This document shows, in pieces, positions 28,701 through 39,200 of a stretch of 64,000 nt of DNA; position 1 is the stretch's first letter; every line of letters starts with the position of its first letter. The notes beneath the pieces were generated by a model, which saw nothing but the letters and a program-made list of their open reading frames with translations, was not told the origin of the DNA and did not search any database. Both the position numbers and the translations under genes were made by a program. The stretch comes from Tubulanus polymorphus (lineage: Eukaryota; Animalia; Nemertea), in NCBI RefSeq assembly GCF_964204645.1, contig NC_134032.1, positions 14,186,275 through 14,250,274 on the forward strand, given 5' to 3'.

Positions 28701-31700
28701 CACTTAATTTGTTGCCATATAGCCTACTTATCTTACGCTAGACACCTAGAGTTTTTTTTTGGAACTGAACAATGAATAATTTAAAATTGACTCTTCAGTT
28801 TAAACTACAGTAAACCTCGCCCAACTCGGACTTGATTGTGTTTATGGAGAAAAAAAATACTTTCAAAATACAAGTTCAAGAATTGACTATTTTCGAGTAA
28901 GGCGCGGTTTACTAATTAAGAATTGAAATAAACTCTCAGCTTACTGTGGAAACAGAGATGAACCTGGAACTTAGACTTTATCCACCAGCGAGTGGAACCT
29001 AGTCAGTAACCTGTCTGTGGTTTAGTTTCACGATCGGATATTTTCACAAACCACATTGGTATAAGTTCATCCGATTATAAAAATCTTACCACCAACGATT
29101 AGGTAACGAACTACGTGGAACCCTATCTAAATGATATCGTATATTTTTATAGGTTTATGGTTCTACGGTATCTACATGGTCGACGTCGGATATCGGTAGC
29201 ATCAACTCGATTATCGCCGGTTTAGAATCGACGGAAATCTCGACACTCGATCTGTCAGACTGTAGCGCTGCTGGTATCGGTATTACAGAATTGTTCACTG
29301 TTAATAAGGTAACATATTTAAAAAAAAATCACCCTACTGTGCAAACCTGGAGCCACTGAACCCTTCTAATAGCAAACGCCGTGCGAAGTCGATCGTTTTC
29401 GGAAGTGTGATGATAAAATGCCTGGGACAGGTACAGGTAAACACTGTTAGTGCCTAGTTAGTGTTAGGCTAAACAAAAATGATAGCTTGTTTCTCCGCAG
29501 CGGCCGGGTCATTTTTGTAAAATATGATAAAATTTATAAACAGTTCATTCCTATAGCGGCCGGGTCTGTTATGGTAAAATTGATCACGATTTTTAAAAAA
29601 AGTAATGTATAGGGTAGATAGGCGGCCGGCCGGGTCAACATTTAAGCTCAGCAGAGCGAAGAAACAAGGTATCAATTTTTTTTAGCCTAACCGTGGTTAG
29701 CAAACTGTGGTTAGGCGTAAATGGGTGCTGAAAAAATGCTGTTAGCTAACCATTGTCTTCGTGTGGGTTTCTGAGGCCTATTTTAAACTGGTTAGCCTAA
29801 CCATAGATGGCCACTAACCACGGTTTTAGGCCTCTCTGGTACGTAGCCGTTTTCCCAAGCAAGGGAAGGGCCCGGTTCATGTCGGGGAACCCGTAACAAC
29901 GACTGGTATTGAGACTACCGTTAGTCTCACAGGATTTCCCTCATGTCCGCCCCTGATATCTGACGTTTTTAGAAATGTCATAGGGCAGGTCCAGATGTGA
30001 AGTTTGGATGATTCGGTGGTTCAGTCTAGCACAACTTGAATCTTCGGAAATCATGCAATATTCCCTATATTTCAGCTGAGAGCTGGATTCATGGCAATAA
30101 CGGAAAAAATGTTAAACAATAATTCAACAGTCGTTACGAGTACGCAGTTGACCTGTATGAAAAACTTTGCATGCGGCGCCACGAAGGAAGAAATTGTCTT
30201 ATTCAACCCTAGTAATTACGCGTAAGTACAGCGTCTTAATAAACCATGGTGATAATGATGCTAATACAGAATTAATCTTTATAAGCGGCGGTTTCATTCT
30301 AAGAAATGTTCGCCAGGATTCCGGCCCAGTTCCACGGTTGTGTCAATTAACTCTGAATACAGGATCCAGTTCCCAGTAGTGACATCAGAACTCAGGATTC
30401 AGTTCCGCAGTAGTGACAATAAATCAACTCTGAACTCAGGATCTAGTTCCACGTAGTGAGAACAGAGCTCAGAATTCTGGATCCAGTTCCACAGCTATAA
30501 GTTTTGAGTTCAATTTGAGGAGAAATTAGTTTTCATTAAGTCATTTTCCGAGTCAAAACTGTGGATCTGGGGTCTTTGGACACTGTATCTATAGTCGATA
30601 CACATAAAAGCAGTCGTTTCAGACCATGTTTAAATGTCTGAATCTCTGAATCCAAGAGTTCCGCGTGGATGAAGTCTGGAAGCAATGCGTGCCAGCAAAT
30701 ATTGTTAGACTAGATTCGTTGAGTTTCAACTTGTTTTTGTTTTCTCAGGGGAGCGGCTACATCGATCGGATCGCTGAAACAATGCGACACAAATCAACAA
30801 GAAGCCTACGCCACGTTAGCTAAGAATTCATTGGCATTCGGCGCACCGTCTTCGTGGGGGGCATCGATCGTTAAAACAATCGGGTCCATGATCGGTAGGT
30901 GGCGCTTCAATCGTAACGGGTATAACAAGAATCTGGTTATTTTTCTCATGGATTTGTTATTTTTCGTTTCAGGCGGTTTGTCCACGACTGAAATTGCAGC
31001 TTTAACGACCATACAAATACAAGCGTTAGAAAATGTAGCAATCGCGGCGATTCCGACGACTAAAATGTCTGTAAGTGAAAGAAGGCTTCATTACTAGAAC
31101 TGGGGCCACTAACTAAGACTATGGGCGATCTGGGAGCCCAGGCTTTCAGGGGTTAGAGCTGAATGTCTTTGACACAGGCACGGTGATCACTTTCAGCCCA
31201 CTTACAAATTCCAATGAATCGGAGAAATTTCTACAATGTAACGATTCATTCATTGCTCATTGAATCACGTACTGGTTGAAAATCACGTTAGCATAATCCG
31301 AATTCATTGAGTTCTGGGTAAAATTCCCTATAAATAAGGTTTCCTTGATTATTTCCAGATTTCTCTGATTCCCTGAGTTTTCCAGGTCATGGGTCACCCT
31401 GAAGAATTCATCCTATCTATCTTCCTCTTTACCATGTATTAATGGTCGTATGTATTGTTTTACGTAGGCGATACAAGTAAGTCAAATAAGTCAGATGAGT
31501 TCCACTCAGGCGAACGCGTTTACCAATCATCAACAGAACGCCATGTCAGCCGCTCAGATTAGTGCTCTTATCACAGCCGGCGCTTCCGACAAGAGGAGCA
31601 GCAACGATGCAACACCGAACGGTACGTGTATTACCACCGCTAGGTTCCTATAGGGGGCGTGACCGGGATGATGGGGCGTATAGTTTACATGAACGATGCT

Positions 31701-32172
31701 CGAATTATGTCCAATGACGTGCGATTCCAATCTCGTTTTATACCAAAATGGGGGTCAAATGACAATCCAATGATGCCCACAGATGCCAATGCCATGTTTA
31801 CAATATAATCCAATGACAAACTGATTATGTTCAACGAGCCTTCACTAGGTGCTAATGAGTTTCCAGTATTTTTCCCATCAGGTTCCAAAAAGGTTCCAAG
31901 TGATGCTCTCTAGTAGGTTCCATTTCCTATGAGCATTCACTAATGAGCCAAGCCACGAGTCGAATTATTTGCCAATGACAAAATCTCCATTGACATTGAT
32001 ATTAATCTACATAGAATACCGTATCATTGAATCATGAATAATATTAATCCACAACATGTTCTGTTTTATTCAAGCTCCTTCTTGCCTAATATTTCTATTT
32101 CTTTTAATTTCAGGTGTGATATCGATGTATTTGTTGGTTGTTTGTGCACTCATTTCATCGAGATTCCTCTAA
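19795..32172 (+). CDS. OTOA-like: Otoancorin/stereocilin/mesothelin-family secreted, probably GPI-anchored protein; 24 exons, ~1243 aa
   Basis: Exons joined by GT-AG in consistent phase: 19795-19867, 20324-20635, 21011-21183, 21954-22103, 22204-22358, 22585-22768, 22866-22987, 23193-23301, 23674-23868, 23958-24002, 24160-24324, 24609-24767, 25107-25423, 25783-25912, 26441-26655, 26753-26840, 27194-27401, 28309-28481, 29153-29308, 30076-30221, 30749-30894, 30973-31070, 31468-31621, 32114-32172 (sum 3732 nt). N-terminal signal MSKMTKKLHKLGLILLIIGVSL. Repeated G.(S/T)SW...(L/I)G.L motifs. The C-terminal blocks TCSDMQAMG...EFQNCIDTLG and AFGAPSSWGASIVKTIGSMIGGLSTTEIAALTTIQIQALENVAIAAIP resemble otoancorin/stereocilin. 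Hydrophobic tail GVISMYLLVVCALISSRFL*. Confidence 0.82.
20772..20954. mobile_element. Degenerate MITE in intron 2
   Basis: Ends CCTAGTTACGC... / ...GCGTAACTGG form an imperfect inverted repeat around an AT-rich interior. Confidence 0.35.
21520..21593 (-). tRNA. trnM-CAT: tRNA-Met (CAT, elongator type), intronic and antisense to the otoancorin-like gene
   Basis: Reverse complement is GCCTCGTTAGCGCAGTTGGTTAGCGCGTCAGTCTCATAATCTGAAGGTCGTGAGTTCGAGCCTCACACGGGGCA, with a CAT anticodon and G1-C72 pair; downstream T-runs at ~21489-21499. Confidence 0.95.
23376..23560. repeat. Degenerate ~75-bp tandem repeat (about 2.5 copies)
   Basis: Recurrent GGTGGAT.C...GTGGAATCC...ATTGC.GCAGTA.TTGATGT...TAGCGA.AC motif. 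Confidence 0.5.
23595..23665. repeat. 15-bp minisatellite ACTAATTAACCA(A/G)TT
   Basis: About 4 direct copies just upstream of exon 9. Confidence 0.75.
24421..24529. mobile_element. Short palindromic Harbinger-like MITE; degenerate partial sister at ~26953-27036
   Basis: GGGGCCGTTTTATAGACTGGTATTACCTTTAAC ... GTTAAAGGTAATACCAGTCTATAAAACTGGCCCC inverted arms; flanks CAG/TAG. Confidence 0.7.
27857..28214. mobile_element. PIF/Harbinger-like MITE with TTA TSD; degenerate related fragment immediately upstream (~27715-27855)
   Basis: ~42-bp TIR GGCCTAGCGCACATCGACACTGCGATTGGAGACAACTAGTTGC / GCAACTAGTTGTCTCCAATCGCAGTGTCGATGTGCGCTAGGCT, with TTA on both flanks and internal repeats of GTCGATGTG.GC. Confidence 0.8.
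28808..28913. mobile_element. Degenerate Tc1/mariner(pogo)-type MITE
   Basis: TA-CAGTAAACCTCGCCCAACTCG ... CGAGTAAGGCGCGGTTTACT imperfect TIRs starting with CAGT after TA. Confidence 0.45.
29467..29687. mobile_element. ~220-bp MITE (GGCTAAA TIR, TWA flanks), copy 1, intron 19
   Basis: GGCTAAACAAAAATGATAGCTTGTTTCT ... AGAAACAAGGTATCAATTTTTTTTAGCC; flanks TTA/TAA; internal CGGCCGGGTC repeats. Confidence 0.8.
30320..30573. repeat. Cluster of MITE-end fragments (GGATCCAGTTCCAC motif repeated)
   Basis: About 5 direct copies of GG(A/C)(T/C)C(C/T)AGTTCC.C..T and one inverted end CTGTGGATCTGGGG. Confidence 0.5.
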
Positions 32173-32185
32173 ACTCTACAACTAA

Positions 32186-32405
32186 GGCTAAAAAAAATTG
32201 ATACCTTGTTTCTTCGCTCTGCTGAGCTTAAATGTTGACCCGGCCGGCCGCCTATCTACCCTATACATTACTTTTTTTAAAATCGTGATCAATTTTACCA
32301 TAACAGACCCGGCCGCTATAGAAATGAACTGTTTATAAATTTTATCATATTTTACAAAAATGACCCGGCCGCTGCGGAGAAACAATGTATCATTTTTGTT
32401 TAGCC
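32186..32405. mobile_element. ~220-bp MITE, copy 2 (inverted relative to copy 1), in the predicted 3'UTR; older degenerate copy at ~32500-32730
   Basis: Near-exact reverse complement of 29467-29687; TAA TSD on both sides; starts 13 bp after the stop codon. Confidence 0.8.
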
Positions 32406-33068
32406 TAAAACCCTTTAACAACCAACTGCTGATACTGTAAAAACACAATCGCATTCAGGAAATTCAAATCTAACACTTATGAAAATTATAACCTTGTTCG
32501 TCCTTTCATACTGAGCTTTAAAAAAGTTGACCAGGTCGGACGCCTATCTACCTTGTACATAAATTTTTCTAAAAATCATGATCAGGAAAACACTAACAGG
32601 GTCAGACCAATTTTAAGATTAAAAATAAAAACAATTACAGACCGAGCAGCTATCGAAATGAACTGATTACAAATTTATTTGCAATCAACAAAAATGACCG
32701 GGCCGATGATCAAATATAAGGTATCATTTCATCAAAATTCATAACAGTTTTTTGACGCAGTTTTTTTTGTTCATTATTGCGATTTACTACATCCATCATT
32801 TTGTAAACATGATTTTATGATGTAACCATTGTTTGTTATCTCAATATACAATAGATTCCGTCTAAACAAGTAGTGCTGGGACTTTCCTTTTTTCAACCGA
32901 ATTAGGCGTTTAACGGTGTAAAAAAGCGAAAATCAATCCATTAAAACTGAAATGTAATTCTTTTCTTATCGAACTGAACGGATCATACCGGGTACACCAG
33001 TATAGTAGTTTGGGCGGAGTCTGCTGTTCGTTAGACGAGAAGATACACAATATCCGTGTATGATGATA

Positions 33069-33399
33069 ACGAGAGAAATCTCACAATAACGAAGCCAAGA
33101 TTGAAAAATTCTAAATCAGAATGACTATATTTGAGGAGCGACGTTTCGGCTAACACCTGTTAGCCATCATCAGGCGTACTGAGAACAAAATCAAATAACA
33201 GGATATTTATACAAGAATATGACACATGATTAAGATTAAAGGATTAAGATTTGTTTTTCTAACAACTGTTAGCCATCATCATCATCACCAGTACGCCTGA
33301 TGATGGCTAACAGTTGTTAGCCGAAAGGTCGCTCCTCAAATACAATCATTCTGATATAGAACTTTTCAATCTTGGCTTCGTTATTGTGATTTCTCTCGT
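33069..33399. mobile_element. Penelope-like inverted-repeat remnant carrying minimal hammerhead ribozyme motifs
   Basis: ~110-bp inverted arms (33069-33181 / 33289-33399), each with CTGATGA-T-GGCTAACA-nn-TGTTAGCC-GAAA(C/G)GTC. Confidence 0.65.
33134..33180 (-). ncRNA. Candidate minimal type I hammerhead ribozyme
   Basis: Minus strand AGTACGC-CTGATGA-T-GGCTAACAGGTGTTAGCC-GAAAC-GTC-GCTCC: intact catalytic boxes, perfect helix II, palindromic ACGT in place of helix III and a GUC site. Helix I is weak. Confidence 0.5.
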
Positions 33400-34861
33400 C
33401 GTACTGTTCGTTGTTATTGAGTTTACTGTACCTTTATCGGTGGCAACTGTTATTGATCTATTTGTGGTATTACTTTCTATTTGACGTTTGTAAATATATT
33501 CGTATATTATTATTTCAAGCAATATTTGATTTATAAATAAGAATAACGGATGCATGTAAATCTGAGCCAGGGCAGAGCTGGCTCTTTACACACCGAATAT
33601 TTCTTGGATTCAGGTTTGAGAGTGTTACACCAACCATGGACTAACACAGTTATTTTTTGCTGAACTTCACTCAAATTGTCTTCAGCAATGTGAATGCAAT
33701 AAATCACGAGTTTGAATCGAGAAAAAGATTCGCTGATAATATTGGTAATTATCGGGGATATTTTGCATGACGTGCATGGTACATCTTGGCATATTGGGCG
33801 TGGCACAGGCTGCAATCACTGTTGCAGAAAGTTACAAACGATTGTTTAACATATAATACAGGTTATGTTGTGAATGGGGATCCAATTCTACTGGTTGTGA
33901 CTTAAAATTAGTTTATTCTTATTGAACTAACTGAAAGAGTCAAATCTCAGAATCAAGACATCCAACATTAACGTGTCACGTTAAACTGTCATTTGTAACT
34001 TTCTGGACAATCAATGCCCGGCAACGTGTTCTCCCGGTGTAGTGACCTTTGGCAGCTGAGTCTTTAACTCTCCACGTGACTATGAAAGTAGATAAGGCCT
34101 CGTTATAACAACTGTCTAGATTCTTGAGATTAAAATGATGGTTGATGATTTTATGACATGGATATAAACACCCTCTAATGACGAATTTACTAACGACACA
34201 AGTGTCGCCCCCTGGTAAGAATTTGTGTCATGATGGAAAGCTTGAAATCTCAGATTCGAACAGTGTTCAAATCGTAACAGCTTCCAGAAAAAAAAGCTGC
34301 TCGCAAAATCCCGTTAATGGATTAACAATTTTTGGATAGGGTAAAATTGGACATTTGTTCAAACCAATTAAGGAAGCGGCTTGTTGGCTAGTTACGTAGA
34401 TGTTACGGTTGGGCGAGAGCCAATCAGCTTGAAAAGCATTCACATTCAAAACATTTCTTTAACATGTTATTCACAATGTGTATCCAAAGTATTTTAGAAT
34501 TGAGTAAAATGTTCGAAATGCTTTATGTAACAATTTCATTGACAATCACTCTTTTTACCAAATCTTCTATAATATATGTAGTTTTATCAGTTAACAGTGA
34601 GAATCTAATAATCTCTATCAGTATAATATACTAACTAGTAATGTAGTCGCTTAGCAACGGTAAAGATAAACGGGGTCAATTGTTGACCGCCGGCACCGCT
34701 GCTGCAGACAGCCCTGTGATGGTTTGTCCGAGTTGGAAATACAATGTATTAATGTTCCGTCCCTGAAAATTCCTGTGATATTCATTTACTGATGATACAA
34801 TAAACTATTTTATCATATTTACTCAATGGCCATGTGTTGCTTACATTTCATTTGGTCACGA

Positions 34862-35237
34862 TGAATCTCATTTTCAAATGAGTAAATAAGTGTATTGATT
34901 ATGAACATTTTCGGTTAGATTTCCCCTCATCAGGTATAAAACAAGTGACTACAAATGGATAACTGTGGGTCAAGTCTTTGATCACACTTCCTCTTCTTTT
35001 TAAAATGTGTTCAAGTAATTAATATTTGATTAGTCTAGTGGTGAAATCTATTCAACCAGTTGATTTTAACAGTGTTTAATTAGTCAATTATAATCTTTCA
35101 TAATTACCTAAGATTTGTATGAAATACCTCTATGTTATCCATTTTTAGTCACTTGTTTTTATACCTGATGAGGGGAAATATTCCTGAAAACCTTCGCTAT
35201 TAATAAACTTATTTACTCATTTGAAAATGAGATTCAC
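34862..35237. mobile_element. Foldback element with ~100-bp inverted arms and degenerate hammerhead-like cores
   Basis: Arms 34862-34963 and 35134-35237 are reverse complements; both contain ATACCTGATGAGGGGAAAT...CC(T)GAAAA. Confidence 0.55.
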
Positions 35238-36224
35238 TATGTTCGCGCTTTTATGGTTATTCCGGCTCAACTCCAGAACAGGTAAAAGTAGATCTGTGCG
35301 GGCTCATCAATTCACCGAGAAGAGAATTACTACGCGATGATCGATAGAAGGTGAAGTAAATTTCGGCAATTGGCAATCAAAAACCTGATTGCCATCATTT
35401 TAAGGAAATTCTTACAAGTGACATCATACAGTTTCCAAGTACAGGGTAAAAACAGCTGAAATTATGTTTTATTCCTGAATTACTAGACTAAGCAATAATA
35501 AATTGACTGTTTAGGGTGGATAAGTGGGGCATCCTGAAATAGGATGAATATCATGAGACATTATCAGACAGGTCACACCTGAATATTTTGAGCCGCTAAA
35601 ATCTATATCTTCTTGTTGATATTTCATCCCAGCGATGATCTTGAAATTTTTGATATATCTTTCTTTCAATTTACATCATAGTTCTGGGGTATACAATTGA
35701 ATTTATCGGCTTAAAATCGACATTCACAGAAGAAACACCTGAAAGTATAGACATTTTTTTTTACAAGGTGCGTGAATGAATGATGATACAGGGTCCTGAA
35801 ATATAATCATTACAGATAATAAACTGTAACCAGAAATAACTCCAAATCTGCATCCATGAGACCCGGGATCTGTGGACCTGTAACCAACTCAACTTCAAAT
35901 CACTCCTTCTATCAAATCTCTAAACCTTACATTTTCATGAAAGTTTTGAAGAAAATGAAAAATTCAAAATTGATCAACTAAACTATCTAAACTATCTAAA
36001 ATCGTTTCAGCTGCTAAGATTTTAAACTCACATATCTGCATCATTCTCTACTTAACGTTTTCGGTTGAATATTTTTAAGTGCTTGGAGTCTACAGAAAAG
36101 TCAAAGACTGATTAGAATTTTATTTATTGATTGACCAATTTGTATTCATTCGAAATTGAATGCAAAAATTCTTGGGTAATTAATTACCAAAACATGTTTT
36201 ACTGTCCACACATAAACAATATGC

Positions 36225-39200
36225 ATTCTGAATGTTGGTTCTGAGCATGCATATCATCTGTGAAGTCTGGATGTTTGTGCTGTGGTAATTCATCTGTGAA
36301 GTCTGATGATGGTTCTGTGGTCTTCCTTCTTAGAAGTCTGGAAGCTGCTTTACTTGAAACATAATAAATACCTCTGATTCTGTTTCTGTAGTAATTCATC
36401 CGAGAAATCTGGATGTTGGATCTGTGGTAATTCATCTGTCAGGTCATGAAGCTGCATCACCTAAAACATGATAAATACCTTGGATTCTGCTGATGTGGTA
36501 GAATTTGATGTTGAATCTGTGGTAATTCATCTGTTGAATCTGAATGTTGGTACTGTGGTCATCCATCTGCGAAGTCTGGATTCTGATTCTGATTCTGATG
36601 TTGGTTCTGTGGTTATTCATCTGCGAAATCTGGATGGTGGTTCTGTGGTCTTCATTCTTTGAAGTCTGGAAGCTGCATCACCTAGAGGATCATAAATACC
36701 TTGGAGTCTGGTGTGGTAGTTTGATGTTGGTTCTGTGGTAATTCATCTGCGAAGTCTGGATGTTGGTTCTGTAGTAATTCATCTGTGAAGTCTGGATGGT
36801 GGTTCTGTGGTCTTCATTCTTTGAAGTCTGGAAGCTGCATCACCTAGAAGATCATAAATACCTTGGAGTCTGGTGTGGTAGTTTGATGCTGGATCTGTGG
36901 TAATTCATCTGCGAAGTCTGGATGTTGGTTCTGTGGTTATTCATCTGTGAAGTCTGGATGTTGGTTCTGTGGTAATCCATCTGTCAGGTCTTGAAGCTGC
37001 ATCACCTAAAAACATGATAAATACCTTGGATTCTGCTGGTGTGGTTGAGTTTGATGTTGGTTGTGTGGTAATTCATCTGTTGAATCTGAATGTTGGTACT
37101 GTGGTCATCCATCTGGGAAGTCTGGATTCTGATTCTGATGTTGGTTCTGTGGTTATCATCTGGGAAGTCTGAATGCTGGTTCTATGGTAATTCATCTGCG
37201 AAGTCTGGATGTTGGATCTGTGGTAATTCATCTGTCAGGTCTTGAAGCTGCATCACCCAGGGAGAAACCACTAAATAATTGGAAGGTTATATATAACAAA
37301 ACAGTTAGTCTAGGGGTCAGATGAGTAGTAGTGTGATCTGTGTGCATTTTTGGCCAGCACACAGATCACAACGATCATTTGTCAGTCAATTAAAAATATT
37401 TAGTGATATTTTGCCAATGCGCCATTATTCCTGTTTACTATATTTTGCCAATGGCCCGTTCTGATTGGCGAATCTACACCGCACATACGTGCTGAGGAGG
37501 CACGTGACTTAAAAAATTCAAGGTAAAATTGTGAAAACATGGTGGTATTCGAACCCGGGCCAGTAATTTACTAGCGTTGCGCCTAACCAGTAGACCACAG
37601 ACACTCATAGCAAATAACAGCCCTTATGACAGACATGAACTGCAGCACCCTGATGGACGCACATCCATTGTGTTGTCATGTGCCGTGTGAGTGCTTCGTT
37701 GAATAATGCGTAGTTTGTAATAGATGTATACAGATAGCCTTAAATAACTTGCGTAGACATTAAAGTTTAATGATTTTATCGTTCTGCTTTTCGGTCAAGT
37801 AAATATTGAATTGAACCAGGACAACCTACCACCCCTCATTATGCTTATTAAACCAAACGTTTGCACCGACAACAAATAAGTAAAATAGACGTCTTAAAAA
37901 ATTCAGAAATTGCCAGAATTTTAACTTACGTTCTATCTCATTTTTATTTTACAATTGCGATTGGTATAACTTTTTTTTAAACGGCCGTTAAGGCTTCATG
38001 TTTCGTCTGCAATTCACTGCAAATAGTTACGCAACTACGCACATTTCAGTGTTTTTGGCAGCTGTACACTCAATCGGCACCGTTCATGACTAGCTACACT
38101 GCGGAATTATGATTAATTAATATCGCCATATCACATCATCAACTTATATTGTGCCTTAAATCCCTAACAGCCGAAATAATTAAAATGCACACACGATTTC
38201 TATCATTGAAAACTGAGAGAGGCCGTGTTTGTGTTCAGCTGCTTCGCGTAAATCCCGCGTGGTGGCGCAACCGCGCGGAGCGAGGCTGATACGTCTAGAA
38301 GATCATAAATACCTTGGAGTCTGGTGTGGTAGTTTGATGTTGGACCTGTGGTAATTCATCTGTTGAATCTGGATGTTGGTTCTGTGGTCATCCATCTGGG
38401 AAGTCTGGATTCTGATGTTGGTTCTGTGGATTTTCATCTGTGAAGTCTGGATGTTGGTTCTGTGGTAATTCATCTGTGAAGTCTGGATGTTGGATCTGTG
38501 GTAATTTATCTGTGAAGTCTGGATGTTGGTTGTGGTAATTCATCTGTGAAGTCAGGATGTTGGTTCTGTGGTAATTCATCTGTGAAGTCTGGATGTTGGA
38601 TCTGTGGTAATTTATCTGTGAAGTCTGGATGTTGGTTCTGTGGTAATTCATCTGTGAAGTCTGGATGTTGGATCCGTGGTAATTCATCTGTTGAATCTGA
38701 ATGTTGGTACTGTGGTCATCCATCTGGGAAATCTGGATGTTGGTTCTGTGGTTATTCATCTGTGGAGTCTGGAAGTTGCATCACCTAAAACATGATAAAT
38801 ACCTTGGAGTCTGGTGTGGTAGAGTTTGATGTTGGTTGTGTGGTAATTTATCTGTTGAATCTGAATGTTGGTTCTGTGGTCATCCATCTGGGAAGTCTGG
38901 ATTCTGATGTTGGTTCTGTGGATTTTCACCTGCGAAGTCTGGATGTTGGATCTGTAGTAATTCATCTCTGAAGTCTGGATGTTGGTTCTGTGGTTTTTCA
39001 TCTGTGAAGTCTGGATGTTGGTTCTGTGGTAATTCATCTGTGAAGTCTGGATGTTGGTTCTGTGGTCATCCATCTGTGGAGTCTGGAAGCTGCATCACCT
39101 AAAATATCATAAATACGTTGGATTCTGGTGTGATAGAGCTGGATGTAGGTTCTCTGGTAATTCATCTGCTGAATCTGAATGTTGGAACTGTGGTCATCCA

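Noticed and set aside
37541-37605. Functional tRNA gene
   Set aside because: Has A/B-box-like motifs but no proper acceptor or anticodon stems, and lies within a mobile-element-like insertion.
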